24,000 nucleotides of DNA from Thermococcus sp. M36 (GCF_012027355.1 NZ_SNUH01000002.1:293991-317990); one strand, 5' to 3'. Numbered from the stretch's first letter, positions 1-15,237 are shown. Numbers and translations: made by a program. The notes: generated by a model from the sequence alone, not told the origin.

Positions 1-1515
1 ATCACCGAGTGCAATTGCCTTTGCAACACGGTACGCGTCTCCAAGTTCCTGGAGTTCAAATCCAACGCCCCTTACATCGACGAGTCCCCTGGAGTAAAGC
101 TCAAAGAGCTTCTTTGGGCTTACGAGCACCATCTCGCTTCCGACCGAGAGTGGAACCAGAAAGCCCCTCATGATTGGAGTGCCTTTGGCCACGAGCCGTT
201 CAACTTCTCCGAGAACATGGGGGGCCCTCTTGGACGGGTCGCCCATGAGCCGGAGGAGTTTTCCCTTCAAGCCCTGATTAACGAGCTTTTTAACGGAACT
301 GGCGCTCAACCCGTGAACTTCCGTCACCATCTCCGCATACGTTGAAGGGACGCGCGGGTGAATATCGCGCTCCTTGATCAGGGTCAACGTCCTCTCCACT
401 TTTTCTGGCTGGTATGGGCCTACCGGAGCATCCTCCATCACTATTGCTTTGCCGGCTCTATCTCCAGCGTGGCGGGCGAGCCTTCCAAATCTCTGAAGGA
501 GGGAATTAATGGGCGCCCTGTCGGTTGTCATAACATCTGCCGAGAAATCTACTCCTGCTTCAACCGCCTGCGTCCCTATTAGAAGAAAATCCTCCTTTTT
601 TAGCCTCTGGAGACGGGTAATGATGCTCCTCTTGTGACTTGGAGTCATTCTTCCGTGGATTAGGATTACCCTGTCGCGCTCAAATCCAAGGTGGGTGTCT
701 GAGATGGCCCTGTTGTACAGCTCGACGGCCCGCTCCACGGTGTTCACTATGACGGCGTTTCTCTTTCCGGGTTCAACGAAGCTCAGCGGGTCTCCCTTCC
801 CGAGTTCAATCGTGATGTCCTTTTTGAGCTCCCTCCTCACGAAGGGGTCGTCCTCATCGGGTGAGAGGACTTTGAAATCGTATCTGTTTTTCATCGCGTA
901 CCGCTCGAAGAACTTGACGTGGCCGCGGGAGAGAGTAGCAGTCATCACCACAATGGGGACTCCCTGGGAAGTTAGGAACTCAATCACAGCGTCGAAGGCT
1001 GTGGCCATGGATTCGTCCTCAAGGAGGAAGTGGGCCTCGTCAAAGATGACGAGTGATGTGAGGATTGAAGCCTGGGTCAGGTAATCGTAGCCAAACTCCT
1101 TTCCCGCCTTCACGCTGTGCCTTTTCTTGGTGTTGAGCTTCAGCAGATCCCACGTGAAGGTGTCAGCGGTGGTCACGTTGAGGGGAAAGAGGTGCATGAA
1201 CTCGCCACTCGACCCCATCATCTTGGTCCTCGAGAACCCAAACGCCTCCTCTGCCGTCCGCTGAACGTCCTCTATGATTGACCTCATCGGAAGGACGTGA
1301 ATGACCCTGTCAAATAGGGAAGCGTCATCCAGCGAGTGCAGGGCAAGGGCAAAGCTCAGGAGCGTTTTGCCATAGCCGGTTGGGGCGTTGAGGATGAGAA
1401 AAGGCTTGGAAGAGGATGTTAAAAAACCAAACGCCTCCTCAAGGAGGGGCCTTTTCTCTGGCCTAAAGCCCTTTACCCCCGCGAGCCTTTCGACGGCTTC
1501 CGTATAAGCTCTCAC
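1..1515 (-). CDS. cas3: Cas3' DEAD/DEAH-box helicase of the type I-A module. It is partial: the C-terminus runs off the left edge, so it is absent from the supplied ORF track.
   Basis: My own reverse-strand translation starts at GTG 1515, which forms a GTGA overlap with the stop of the upstream ORF. It stays open for all 505 codons down to position 1 (MRAYTEAVERLAGVKGFRPEKRPLLEEAFGF...). Helicase motifs are LILNAPTGYGKT (Walker A), VIFDEAH (motif II), VVMTATL (III) and QRFGRLARH (VI). No HD motifs are present, which fits a split Cas3'/Cas3'' arrangement. Confidence 0.85.
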   Translation of the reverse strand, partial: MRAYTEAVERLAGVKGFRPEKRPLLEEAFGFLTSSSKPFLILNAPTGYGKTLLSFALALHSLDDASLFDRVIHVLPMRSIIEDVQRTAEEAFGFSRTKMMGSSGEFMHLFPLNVTTADTFTWDLLKLNTKKRHSVKAGKEFGYDYLTQASILTSLVIFDEAHFLLEDESMATAFDAVIEFLTSQGVPIVVMTATLSRGHVKFFERYAMKNRYDFKVLSPDEDDPFVRRELKKDITIELGKGDPLSFVEPGKRNAVIVNTVERAVELYNRAISDTHLGFERDRVILIHGRMTPSHKRSIITRLQRLKKEDFLLIGTQAVEAGVDFSADVMTTDRAPINSLLQRFGRLARHAGDRAGKAIVMEDAPVGPYQPEKVERTLTLIKERDIHPRVPSTYAEMVTEVHGLSASSVKKLVNQGLKGKLLRLMGDPSKRAPHVLGEVERLVAKGTPIMRGFLVPLSVGSEMVLVSPKKLFELYSRGLVDVRGVGFELQELGDAYRVAKAIALGD

Positions 1516-2750
1516 AGGAGCACCCCCAGGTGTTCCCGCCACATGAAGGCCTTCAGCACCTTCCTCAGCTCGCCGCTCGCGCGCCCGCTTCCCTCAAGCA
1601 ACGCCCTCCCCTGGCGGAAGAGCCTGAAGACGGAATCCTCGATGAGCCTCCTATCCCCGCTGTTAATGGCCCGGTAAAGGTCCTTGACGAAGATATAAGC
1701 CAGCATCTCCCCGTCGCCGTTCACGCCCCTGCCAAGTTCCTTCTCGGCGATGTCCACAAGCGCCCACAGGGGGTATTTGTGAACTGTGGCTTTCCCTTCC
1801 TTCAGCCCCACTGTCATCTGAAGTCCGCTGGCGCTCAGGGCCCTTATGCGCTCCACGTAGGCGTTCAGGTACCTGCTGAGACCCGACAGGTCGAGCTGGA
1901 GGGTCTTGAGTTCCGTGTACACCTGTCCTTCAAGGCTAATCAGGTGCAGGGTAACGGGATAAACTCCATCGGGCAGGGTTCTGTCCTCCTCTGCAAGTTT
2001 CATCGCCAGCTTCATCTCGTAGAGCTCCTCAGTGCTCAGGGAGACTCTATCCGAGATTCCTGCCTCGGTTAGAGGGAGCAGACCTTTTACAATGACGTCC
2101 TCGACCTCATAGGGCCAGAGGCCCTCTATTCCAGGCTTTGTCATGAGGTAGTACTTGCCTCCAATGAATCCTGCGAACCCTGTGAAGAACCCTAACGCAA
2201 CGAGGGAGAACCACAGGGGATCGAGGCGTATCTGGGCTTTCTGACCCGTGGTCGGGGTTAAGAAACCGCTCTGGCGCTCGTAGTATTCGGGTTGCTTGAT
2301 TATGGCCGGCAGTATTGCGTAATGGTCCGCCTTGGGCTTTTTTCCCGGCAGTTTTGACGTTTCGCCATCGTACTCAACGCCAAGGTACGTTCCGTCCTTG
2401 TCCACCCGAACTGTCGTCAGGGATTCCTTCGGGTTGATGGTGCCTTTCCTAAGAAGCTTCACGGTTTCCTCAATAATCAGCTCGAACAGCTCGCCGTACG
2501 TTTCGGGAGCGCTCCTGTTGAACCACGCCTTCAGGACCTTGTCAAAGGAACTCCTGTCGTTCCTGCCCATCTTGGAAGTGTGCGCCTTGGCCCTATCTCT
2601 GAGGGAGCGGAGGGCACCCTCGATGGAATCTGCCAGCTCTTCGGCGTCGGGTTCAAGCCCCGAGTTCATGACCACCCAGGACATTCCAAGCGAGAGCAGT
2701 TCCCTCGTGAGGCCATCGTAGGGGTACTTGGCCAGCGCTTCAAGGAGCAA
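1512..2750 (-). CDS. Type I-A large subunit (Cas8a2/Csa4-like), 412 aa
   Basis: The call rests mainly on position, between cas5a and cas3' in a csa5-csa2-cas5a-X-cas3' operon, and on size. The start is TTG 2750, preceded by GGAGGTGA plus 6 nt. It overlaps the cas5a stop by 11 nt and the cas3' start by 4 nt. I recognise no diagnostic motif by eye. Confidence 0.55.
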   Translation of the reverse strand: MLLEALAKYPYDGLTRELLSLGMSWVVMNSGLEPDAEELADSIEGALRSLRDRAKAHTSKMGRNDRSSFDKVLKAWFNRSAPETYGELFELIIEETVKLLRKGTINPKESLTTVRVDKDGTYLGVEYDGETSKLPGKKPKADHYAILPAIIKQPEYYERQSGFLTPTTGQKAQIRLDPLWFSLVALGFFTGFAGFIGGKYYLMTKPGIEGLWPYEVEDVIVKGLLPLTEAGISDRVSLSTEELYEMKLAMKLAEEDRTLPDGVYPVTLHLISLEGQVYTELKTLQLDLSGLSRYLNAYVERIRALSASGLQMTVGLKEGKATVHKYPLWALVDIAEKELGRGVNGDGEMLAYIFVKDLYRAINSGDRRLIEDSVFRLFRQGRALLEGSGRASGELRKVLKAFMWREHLGVLL

Positions 2751-3483
2751 GGACGATCACCTCCCCACCTACTCTCGCAACCCTAAGCTGTCCCCGAACC
2801 CTGACGCTCCCTTCCGGGTAGAACATCACCATTCTCCTTGCCTGTGAGTAGTCCCTGATTCCGGAGCGCCAGTCCACCACCGACTGGAGCGTGCCCTTAC
2901 CGCTGACCTCAAGCCCCTTGAACGGGAACGCATAGGAAGTCTCCGCGGTCTCAACTTCGATTACATCAGCACGACCCGTCTCAACGCTCTCCACGCTAAC
3001 GACGGATTCCCGTGAGCCGAGCCTCGTTATCCCCCACGCGGCCCTCTCGATGTCTTCCAGGCGGTAAGTGCTCTCCGCAAGTGCCTCCTCGTTGATGATG
3101 TAGACCGCGGTTATGGTGGCGTCGTTCGTACCGTACATCACGGCGAAGGGGAACGAGGTGACCGCACTCTGCACCTTTCCGCGGTAGACGGTGTTAATCT
3201 TCAGCAGTGCCCCGTAGAGCCTTGGCTTTCCGGAGGTTTTCACGGTCACCCAGTCAAAGAGTCCCAGAACCTCTCCCACGGTGCTCCTGAACGTTCTTCT
3301 GTCGTAGACTGTCTCGGCCCGACTGCCCCCAATGTGGAAAAGCGGGTACGCTATAGCCCCGATTAGGGTCGTTGGGGGAACGTAGCGTAGCGCGGTTCTC
3401 ATCTTGCTCTGCGGGAGGGCGCGGAGGGCTATTATTCCCGTTGGCCTCATCGTGACCTTCAAAAAGAAAGTCAAGGGAACCAC
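2740..3483 (-). CDS. cas5: Cas5a (type I-A Cas5), 247 aa. An alternative start is ATG 3450 (MRPTGIIALRAL...).
   Basis: It lies directly downstream of csa2-type cas7. The N-terminal pattern ...ALRYVPPTTLIGAIAYPL is typical of Cas5 (xPPPSTl.G.l). It overlaps its neighbours tightly. Confidence 0.65.
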   Translation of the reverse strand: MVPLTFFLKVTMRPTGIIALRALPQSKMRTALRYVPPTTLIGAIAYPLFHIGGSRAETVYDRRTFRSTVGEVLGLFDWVTVKTSGKPRLYGALLKINTVYRGKVQSAVTSFPFAVMYGTNDATITAVYIINEEALAESTYRLEDIERAAWGITRLGSRESVVSVESVETGRADVIEVETAETSYAFPFKGLEVSGKGTLQSVVDWRSGIRDYSQARRMVMFYPEGSVRVRGQLRVARVGGEVIVLAP

Positions 3484-3484
3484 C

Positions 3485-4788
<1,304 letters not shown>

Positions 4789-4812
4789 TCACTATCAGTA
4801 AGGATGTTACTT

Positions 4813-4820
4813 CTATATAA
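4813..4820 (-). promoter_or_regulatory. TATA box (minus strand TTATATAG) for the csa5-cas7-cas5a-cas8a2-cas3' operon
   Basis: The minus strand reads ...gcaaaccTTATATAGaagtaacatccttactgatagtGAGGTGGttccATG. The TATA box lies about 35-40 nt upstream of ATG 4779, which fits archaeal TATA-to-TSS spacing of about 25 nt with a short leader. Confidence 0.5.
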
Positions 4821-4863
4821 GGTTTGCATTTAGTTTTTGTTTAATAGGAACTTCAAAATGTTT

Positions 4864-4876
4864 AGAAAAAATTAAA
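4864..4876 (-). terminator. Oligo-T tract (minus strand TTTAATTTTTTCT), a likely terminator of the cas4-cas1 unit
   Basis: A T6 run within a T-rich stretch lies about 100 nt downstream of the cas1 stop and upstream of the csa5 TATA box. Archaeal termination typically uses oligo-T. Confidence 0.35.
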
Positions 4877-4980
4877 CATAAAGTGAAGCCGACTGAAAAG
4901 AGGGATAAGATTTCTCTCCTGAGCGCCGTTCCTGCCCTTCCGAAACACTTTCCGGATATGTTTGGTCATAATTAAACACC

Positions 4981-6125
<1,145 letters not shown>

Positions 6126-6135
6126 AACTATCACC

Positions 6136-6758
<623 letters not shown>

Positions 6759-6761
6759 AAT

Positions 6762-7433
6762 TTAAGAAACGAAAAGAACCTTCCAATTACTACCCTCTAC
6801 CGGCCTTTTGGAGAGTCTTAGGGGGTAGTATTTCGTCTCGTATGGCTTTCCAGGGCTTTTTGGGGAATATGGGTTGATCTGTTCAAAGGTTGCCTTTGGT
6901 GAGAAGTCCTTCACAGGGTAGATGTACGAACCTGAAGGAATCTCAGAAATCCCAACTGGGAATACTATTCTTTGGGGAGGTTCGTTAACCCATTCAACGC
7001 GTTTCACGTATGCCAATGAATCGCTCGTGCCGAAGTATCTTATATGCTTTGCGTAGTGCTTTACTTCCTCCGGAACGTCATCTGGCAGTCCCATGTAAAC
7101 CTCTACGTCTCCAGAGAAGTGGGCGTATTCTCTGACGCCAAAACTCTGCTGGAAGCCGCTCTGGTCTTTCTTTTTCTTGAGTCTCTTCACGAAGACACTG
7201 TTGATGGCTATCTCCTTTGGGGGCTTAATTCCGACCTTTGCGTCTCTGATATAACCAAATATCCTCTTTCCCTCACTAACTTTTCCACTCATCCTTATAG
7301 CCATTGAGACTATTGCCAGCTTTATAGTGGATGGAGCTATCAGCGGTAGTGCTAGTGCGTACTGGGACGAGTATTCTGGAATCCTGTATGAGTAAAAGGA
7401 GGGAAAGTGGACGACTAGCTTAAGCCACCTCAT
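6762..7433 (-). CDS. cas5: Cas5 (Cas5t-like) of the second type I module, 223 aa
   Basis: MRWLKLVVHFPSFYSYRIPEYSSQYALALPLIAPSTIKLAIVS matches the Cas5 N-terminal pattern (f.f R.P......yplPpPSTi.G). Its ATG directly abuts the cas7 stop (TGAATG). Confidence 0.75.
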   Translation of the reverse strand: MRWLKLVVHFPSFYSYRIPEYSSQYALALPLIAPSTIKLAIVSMAIRMSGKVSEGKRIFGYIRDAKVGIKPPKEIAINSVFVKRLKKKKDQSGFQQSFGVREYAHFSGDVEVYMGLPDDVPEEVKHYAKHIRYFGTSDSLAYVKRVEWVNEPPQRIVFPVGISEIPSGSYIYPVKDFSPKATFEQINPYSPKSPGKPYETKYYPLRLSKRPVEGSNWKVLFVS

Positions 7434-8414
7434 TCACTCTCCCCCAAATTCCATTTGGTACGGCTCTGCACTCATCAATGTCCTAAGCTTCTCCACGAAG
7501 TCCGCTACACCCTTAAACTTCACAACCTGAATACTATCCAAGGCGTTCGCGATCTTCTCAATCTCGCTGATGTAGTTATCCTTCAGCGGTGAGATTATAG
7601 GTACTGGCATTGGCTTGGTCGAGTAAACTATCACACCCTCGAAATCAACGACGTGAGGCAACCTCGTAGTTGTCATGGCTCCCTCAGGCCTTGTGAACAT
7701 AAGCTGATATGCCTTAAGTGCAAGCTGATAACGTTCCTTTCTGCGCTTTCCATCGTAGGTATACACGTCCTGCTTTGCCTCGTTAAGACCTATGCGCCAA
7801 GGCTGGAAGACGGTAACTATCGCATACCTGCCAGTTCTCGTTGGTCTGTGGTATATCATCTGGGTTCCACCTTCTCTGCCTTCTTCACTCTCCTGTCTCT
7901 TGCCTTTCTCGCCCAAAGCGTGTCTCGCATGAAGGTGTATGTCTCTGTAAACCTCTGGGATTCCCAGAGCCCAGCCGAACTCAACGGTGGACTTCCTTGA
8001 AACCGTTGGCTTTTCGACCATAAAACCATGAACATCACAAATGTCGCAAGTCTTGACGGCTTCTCCTATAACGTAAGCTGGGCTTTCGAACTTGTTCCTG
8101 TTCTTCGAGACGACGTAGTTAAACCTCTCTGGATGGAGCGTTCTACAGGCCTCACATAGATGGCTTTTGTCATCAAGAAGCCACATCAGCTCAGCGTGTA
8201 TGTGCTTGAGCATTTCCCCTGAGATGCCGTCGGTAGTTACTGCTTTTCCGGTGTTCGGATCTATTATCTTGACGCTTCTCGGCTCAACAACGTTTCCGAC
8301 GTTTCCCTCGTTGTTGAGGCTGTGGAGCTCCCAAAGGGCCCTACCGAGTATGGCAATCTCAAAAACCTTTCCCTTTTCTTCACTCATTCTCCTCACCTCC
8401 TTTAACAAGGGCAT
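7434..8414 (-). CDS. cas7: Cas7, DevR/Cst2-like, 326 aa by the track. The likely start is ATG 8387 (MSEEKGKVFEI..., 317 aa).
   Basis: The sequence ...LWELHSLNNEGNVGNVVEPRSV...GISGEMLKHIHAE... carries the Cas7 (DevR/Csa2 superfamily) sLN.eG..gN and SGe.lKh signatures. ATG 8387 is preceded by GGAGGTGA plus 5 nt and overlaps the stop of the 109-aa ORF by 8 nt. Confidence 0.85.
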   Translation of the reverse strand: MPLLKEVRRMSEEKGKVFEIAILGRALWELHSLNNEGNVGNVVEPRSVKIIDPNTGKAVTTDGISGEMLKHIHAELMWLLDDKSHLCEACRTLHPERFNYVVSKNRNKFESPAYVIGEAVKTCDICDVHGFMVEKPTVSRKSTVEFGWALGIPEVYRDIHLHARHALGEKGKRQESEEGREGGTQMIYHRPTRTGRYAIVTVFQPWRIGLNEAKQDVYTYDGKRRKERYQLALKAYQLMFTRPEGAMTTTRLPHVVDFEGVIVYSTKPMPVPIISPLKDNYISEIEKIANALDSIQVVKFKGVADFVEKLRTLMSAEPYQMEFGGE

Positions 8415-8709
8415 AGCTTATGAGTGCAGAACGAACGAGCTTGACGCCGTGTTCATCCACTAACCTCATTAGTTCAACAAGGCTCTCTTCCTTTGGCCTT
8501 TTCAGTTGCTTGCCTTTGTAGCCTTTCTTTGCCAGAGTTTCATACCTCCTGAGGAAGCGCTTTATCACTTCTGCGAACTGCTCCTTGGTTTCGGCATATT
8601 CCAGTTCGACTAGAGAGGAGTAGTCTTCCCCGATTCTCAGGGCTTTTCTAAGTGCTACTCCAAAGTCCTTGACTGCTTCGTTCTCAAACAGCTCAGCTAA
8701 CTTCGACAT
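8380..8709 (-). CDS. 109-aa helical, Lys/Arg/Glu-rich protein; candidate stand-alone small subunit (Cas11-like)
   Basis: MSKLAELFENEAVKDFGVALRKALRIGEDYSSLVELEYAETKEQFAEVIKRFLRRYETLAKKGYKGKQLKRPKEESLVELMRLVDEHGVKLVRSALISYALVKGGEENE. ATG 8709 lies 7 nt after GGAGGTG. The ORF sits between the Cas8-like and cas7 genes and overlaps both. The assignment rests on size, composition and position only. Confidence 0.5.
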   Translation of the reverse strand: MSKLAELFENEAVKDFGVALRKALRIGEDYSSLVELEYAETKEQFAEVIKRFLRRYETLAKKGYKGKQLKRPKEESLVELMRLVDEHGVKLVRSALISYALVKGGEENE

Positions 8710-9692
8710 TCTTCAGCACCTCCAAAAGGGAATCCGCGTCATAAGAACCGAATTTTATTGAGTTCGACCTCAACTCGTTTCTCAAGTGAAGCCGGATGTA
8801 GGAGTAGTAGTTCTCCAAAGTTGGTTCAGCTATGAACGTAGATAACGCCATGGCAATATCTTCGTAGCCCTTGATGTAGGAAGTTCTATCAAGAATCTCA
8901 ATCCACTTGTCAATGGCCTCCTCACCTTCGAGCGTCTCAACAAGGGAGTGGAGAAAATCCAACGGAAATAGACCAGAGGTAAAGGGCTTAGGTTGATTCC
9001 CGGTCCTCATCATGACACCATAGAGGATTCCCCCAATTTTGGGTAGAAAAGAACCGCCACGCATTAGCTCTTTTTCTTCTTTTACGAGCCTAACTGCAAT
9101 TCTCGCGACTGTGGAGAAATAGCCTGCTCTATGGAAGCCTTTGACTGATTCCTTCAGCCTGTGTTTTATCGTATAAACGTCCTCAACTCTGGTATCCAAT
9201 GGAAGAGGATAAACAGCTACCAAATAGTCCTTTGAACCTTTCCAGACAGAGATATTTATTGCCCCCAACACAGCGAGATAGAACTCTTCAGCAGGTATCT
9301 TTACTTGACTCTCCGAGTATGAGCTAAGAACTGCTTTTCTAATGCCTTTACTTGCCCCAAGTTCAAGGGATTGGGGAAGTGTAACTGATTTTCCGTTGAG
9401 TTTAAGTCTGAGAACCTGTTTTATGTTATCCTCGTTGGTAAAGAATTCTACCATATCCCTCCTTAGTGTTTTAATTCTGGCTTTACTCAAAGTAGCTAAG
9501 ACATTGCCCCATTCATCAATGTCCTCCCCTAAGTAACCTCTAATTTTTGGAAGCTCTGAAAAGTCTGGCTCATTCTTGCTTCGTATCTCATAATAGCTCC
9601 CTGTATCAGCAATGATTGCTTCTTTGGACAGTGTATGGACTACTATGCCGAGTCCATAGGCCTTCGCTAAGTCAAGAAACTGCCATCCAGTC

Positions 9693-12723
<3,031 letters not shown>

Positions 12724-12741
12724 TTATGTATTGCCTTTATG

Positions 12742-12749
12742 GTTTATAA
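12742..12749 (-). promoter_or_regulatory. TATA-like element (minus strand TTATAAAC) upstream of cas6
   Basis: It lies about 46 nt upstream of GTG 12696. GGGGTGG SD-like sequence precedes the start. It is located in the 148-nt spacer after acdB. Confidence 0.35.
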
Positions 12750-12844
12750 CTCTTTCTCTTGAGAAGAGTATTCAAAAATCCTTCTGAAAGTGCAAACTTA
12801 GAAAAGAAGGTTGAGTAATGATGGAAAGAGTAAGTAAGAGAAGT

Positions 12845-13552
12845 TCAGAGAAGCATCCTCGCGTCGACGGCAACGGCGCTGTCCTCATAGGCGAAGATGG
12901 GGTTGATGTCGAGCTCCTTGATCTCCGGAAGCTCGAGGGCGAGCTCGCCGACCTTGGTGATTATCTCGGCGAGGGCCTCGATGTTGACGGGCTTCTCACC
13001 GCGCGCTCCGGCGAGGATCGGGTAGGCCTTGATCTCCTTGATCATGTCGAGGGCCTCGTCCTTGGTTATCGGGGCAACGCGGAAGCTGACGTCCTTGAGA
13101 ATCTCGACGAAGATTCCACCGAGACCGAACATGATGGCCGGACCGAACTGCGGGTCGCGGATCATACCAACGATGACCTCCTTGCCGAGCGGGAGCATCT
13201 TGTAGACGATGACGCCCCAGAGGTCGGCGTCCGGCTTGTAGTTCCTGGCGTTCTCCATGATGGTCTTGAATGCCTGCCTGGCTTCATCGTCGTTCTTGAT
13301 GTTGACCTTGACACCGCCGGCGTCGCTCTTGTGGATGATCTGCGGAGAAACGATCTTCATGACGACCGGGTAGCCGATTTCACGGGCGAACTGGACGGCC
13401 TCCTCCTCGTTGGTGGCGACCTTGAAGTCCGGAACCGGGACGCCGTAGAGCTTGAGTATCTCCTTCGCCTCCGGCTCGACGAGCGGCCTGTTTTCGGCCT
13501 TGGCCTTCTCAATGATTGCCCTAGCCTTTTCAATCCTGTCCATATCAATCAC
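12845..13552 (-). CDS. acdB: ADP-forming acetyl-CoA synthetase (NDP-forming acyl-CoA synthetase) beta subunit, ATP-grasp. The likely start is ATG 13543 (MDRIEKARAII...).
   Basis: RPLVEPEAKEILKLYGVPVPDFKVA..EEEAVQFAREIGYPVVMKIVSPQIIHKSDAGGVKVNIKN...VIVGMIRDPQFGPAIMFGLGGIFVEILKDVSFRVAPI...ILAGARGEKPVN...ELDINPIFA is the characteristic AcdB/ATP-grasp_5 sequence. ATG 13543 lies 5 nt after GAGGTGA. Confidence 0.85.
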   Translation of the reverse strand: MIDMDRIEKARAIIEKAKAENRPLVEPEAKEILKLYGVPVPDFKVATNEEEAVQFAREIGYPVVMKIVSPQIIHKSDAGGVKVNIKNDDEARQAFKTIMENARNYKPDADLWGVIVYKMLPLGKEVIVGMIRDPQFGPAIMFGLGGIFVEILKDVSFRVAPITKDEALDMIKEIKAYPILAGARGEKPVNIEALAEIITKVGELALELPEIKELDINPIFAYEDSAVAVDARMLL

Positions 13553-13644
13553 CTCATCAGCTTGACAGTTCTCAATCCGAGAGGGGAGTTAAAAGGGTTT
13601 CCATTTGCCAACCTTTCGTTTCAGCCCCGTTTGAAGCGATGACA

Positions 13645-13660
13645 GGGGTATAAATACCCC
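13645..13660 (+). promoter_or_regulatory. TATA box embedded in a perfect 7+7 inverted repeat, GGGGTAT-AA-ATACCCC
   Basis: It ends 30 nt upstream of ATG 13690, and GGGTGA SD-like sequence lies between them. It sits in the divergent spacer between acdB and the 434-aa gene. Confidence 0.5.
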
Positions 13661-13689
13661 TTCACCCTAAGTAATATGGGTGATTCTTT

Positions 13690-14994
13690 ATGAAGAAGAA
13701 GGCTGTTATAGCTGTTGGCGGCATTATGCTGCTACTCTTTGCGGTGTTTTCATTCCAGGGAGAGAAGGCAGCAGCGAGCGATACCACGGTTGTCCTGTAC
13801 AACTCTGCTAGGATTGGTGTCATAGAAGAAATCAAGGAGGTCGAGCTTGAAGAGGGCCTGAACGAGGTTCCCCTCAATGAGCTGGCAGGGCTGAACATAG
13901 CCGAGGTAACGATAAGGCCCCTGGATGAGGAAGTTCAGGTTCTCGGGGTCTTCAGCAGGGGCTCAAACGGCGACGTTTACTCCGCGAACATTGGGAGTGA
14001 AGTGGAGGTGAAGCTCAGGAACAGTGAAACCGTAAGCGGAAAGTTCCTCGGCTTCAAGAACGGGAAGATTGCCATAGAGGGCGACGGCTACTACCTCATC
14101 AACCCGAACGAGGTGGCCTACTTCAAGGCCAAGAACCTCGAAGGGGAGGCGAGCGTTTACGCGGTCCTTCAGGCGGACAAGGCCGGGAAGTACAACGTGA
14201 GCGTGACCTATCGCGTCGCCAACATGAGCTGGGAGAGCAGATACAAGCTCTACATAGGCGATAAAGCAAAGCTCTACGGCTACATAGTGCTTAACAACCC
14301 CACCGCCCAGGAGTTCAAAGGTGCGAAGGTTCTCCTGGTTGCAGGCGACGTTCAGCTCTACCAAGCACTTCCACAGCCCCGCGTGCTCTACACGAAGGCG
14401 GACGCCGGTGTGGAGACCGTCCAGGTGGGCGAGCCGGAGAAGGTCGAGGCGTTCTACCTCTACAAGCTCGGCATCGTCGACCTCAACCCGTCGAGCACCA
14501 TGATGTATCCTTACCTAACGATGGAGGTCCCCTTTGAGAGGGAGTACCTCTACGAGAGCCGGCCCTACAGCGGCGAGGGTGCAGTTTACGAGTCGATATC
14601 CTTCAAGACGGACAAAGTCCTTCCCGCTGGAATAGTTGAGATATACAGGGAGACGGATGACGGAGCGTTACTGATAGGAGAGAACATGATAGAGCACACC
14701 CCCAAGGGTGATGCCCTGAGGATAGGCGTTGGAAGGGACTACGACCTCAAGGGCACCACGACGGTGCTTGAGCAGAAGAACGGCGAGGGCTACGCATACT
14801 ACAAGATCAAGGTAACCCTCGAAAACTTCGGGGACACGACCAAGACCGTGATAGTTAGACACTACAAGTGGGGTAAGCTGCTGAGTTCGAGCCTCCAGCC
14901 TATCAACGAGACTCAGACCTACGTGGAGTTCAGTGTCACCCTGGAACCAGGGGAAAAGAAGGAGATAGTCTTCGACTACGAGAACCGCTGGTGA
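13690..14994 (+). CDS. Exported or membrane-anchored DUF4140/DUF4139-like protein, 434 aa
   Basis: The N-terminus MKKKAVIAVGGIMLLLFAVFSF is a signal or anchor sequence. The segment TVVLYNSARIGVIEEIKEVELEEGLNEVPLNELAGLNIAEVTIRPLD resembles the DUF4140 pattern, and ...YRVANMSWESRYKLYI... resembles the DUF4139 core. These families are recalled from memory, not searched. Confidence 0.55.
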   Translation: MKKKAVIAVGGIMLLLFAVFSFQGEKAAASDTTVVLYNSARIGVIEEIKEVELEEGLNEVPLNELAGLNIAEVTIRPLDEEVQVLGVFSRGSNGDVYSANIGSEVEVKLRNSETVSGKFLGFKNGKIAIEGDGYYLINPNEVAYFKAKNLEGEASVYAVLQADKAGKYNVSVTYRVANMSWESRYKLYIGDKAKLYGYIVLNNPTAQEFKGAKVLLVAGDVQLYQALPQPRVLYTKADAGVETVQVGEPEKVEAFYLYKLGIVDLNPSSTMMYPYLTMEVPFEREYLYESRPYSGEGAVYESISFKTDKVLPAGIVEIYRETDDGALLIGENMIEHTPKGDALRIGVGRDYDLKGTTTVLEQKNGEGYAYYKIKVTLENFGDTTKTVIVRHYKWGKLLSSSLQPINETQTYVEFSVTLEPGEKKEIVFDYENRW

Positions 14995-15237
14995 TCAGCT
15001 CTTCCTGAGCGTTATCTCGAACCTCTTTTCTCCCTTTGTTACGTCGAGCACAAGGCTCTTGTCGTAGTCAACAAACTTCGTGCCGATCACCGCGTACCCT
15101 TCTTCCTCCAGGAACTCCGCCACCCTGAGGCCGAGATCGTCAAAGAACTCGGCGGCCATCGTGGCCATGCTCGGCTCCTTTATGCCGAGCTCGTCGTGGT
15201 ACCTGCGCGCAAGCTCGAAAACGTCCATGATCACCAC
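14995..15237 (-). CDS. Small acidic hypothetical protein. The likely start is ATG 15228, giving 77 aa.
   Basis: The ORF has GGTGGTGA just upstream of ATG 15228 (MDVFELARRYHDELGIKEP...). It is convergent with the 434-aa gene and the two stops abut. I recognise no family. Confidence 0.45.
   Translation of the reverse strand: MVIMDVFELARRYHDELGIKEPSMATMAAEFFDDLGLRVAEFLEEEGYAVIGTKFVDYDKSLVLDVTKGEKRFEITLRKS

Noticed and set aside
12780-12835. Inverted repeat CCTTCT...AGAAGG followed by ATTTTTG (minus strand) after acdB, considered as a bacterial-type intrinsic terminator
   Set aside because: The stem is only 6 bp with a 19-nt loop. Archaeal termination needs only the oligo-T tract, so the hairpin adds no support. 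It is not listed as a separate feature.
12845-13552. acdB without an adjacent alpha subunit gene, considered as an orphan or degraded locus
   Set aside because: In Thermococcales the alpha and beta subunits of ADP-forming acyl-CoA synthetases are known to be encoded at separate loci. The ORF is intact and carries all expected motifs.
12818-13642. A 274-aa plus-strand ORF covering all of acdB on the opposite strand
   Set aside because: It is the antisense shadow of a well-supported, motif-rich gene. The product is a low-complexity D/L/G/V/E-rich sequence with no SD, which is typical of spurious long ORFs opposite GC-rich coding sequence. The same reasoning rejects 1530-2072(+), 2332-2721(+), 4100-4717(+), 5413-5979(+), 6295-6765(+), 15241-15783(-), 15890-16396(-), 17569-18196(-), 18806-19300(-), 19316-19690(-), 20027-20494(-) and 22661-23170(+).
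14989-15000. Back-to-back stop codons of convergent genes forming the palindrome TGATCA, with zero intergenic distance
   Set aside because: It is real in the sequence but is an ordinary consequence of compact archaeal genomes. It only implies that termination signals lie inside the opposing genes, and there is no further structure.
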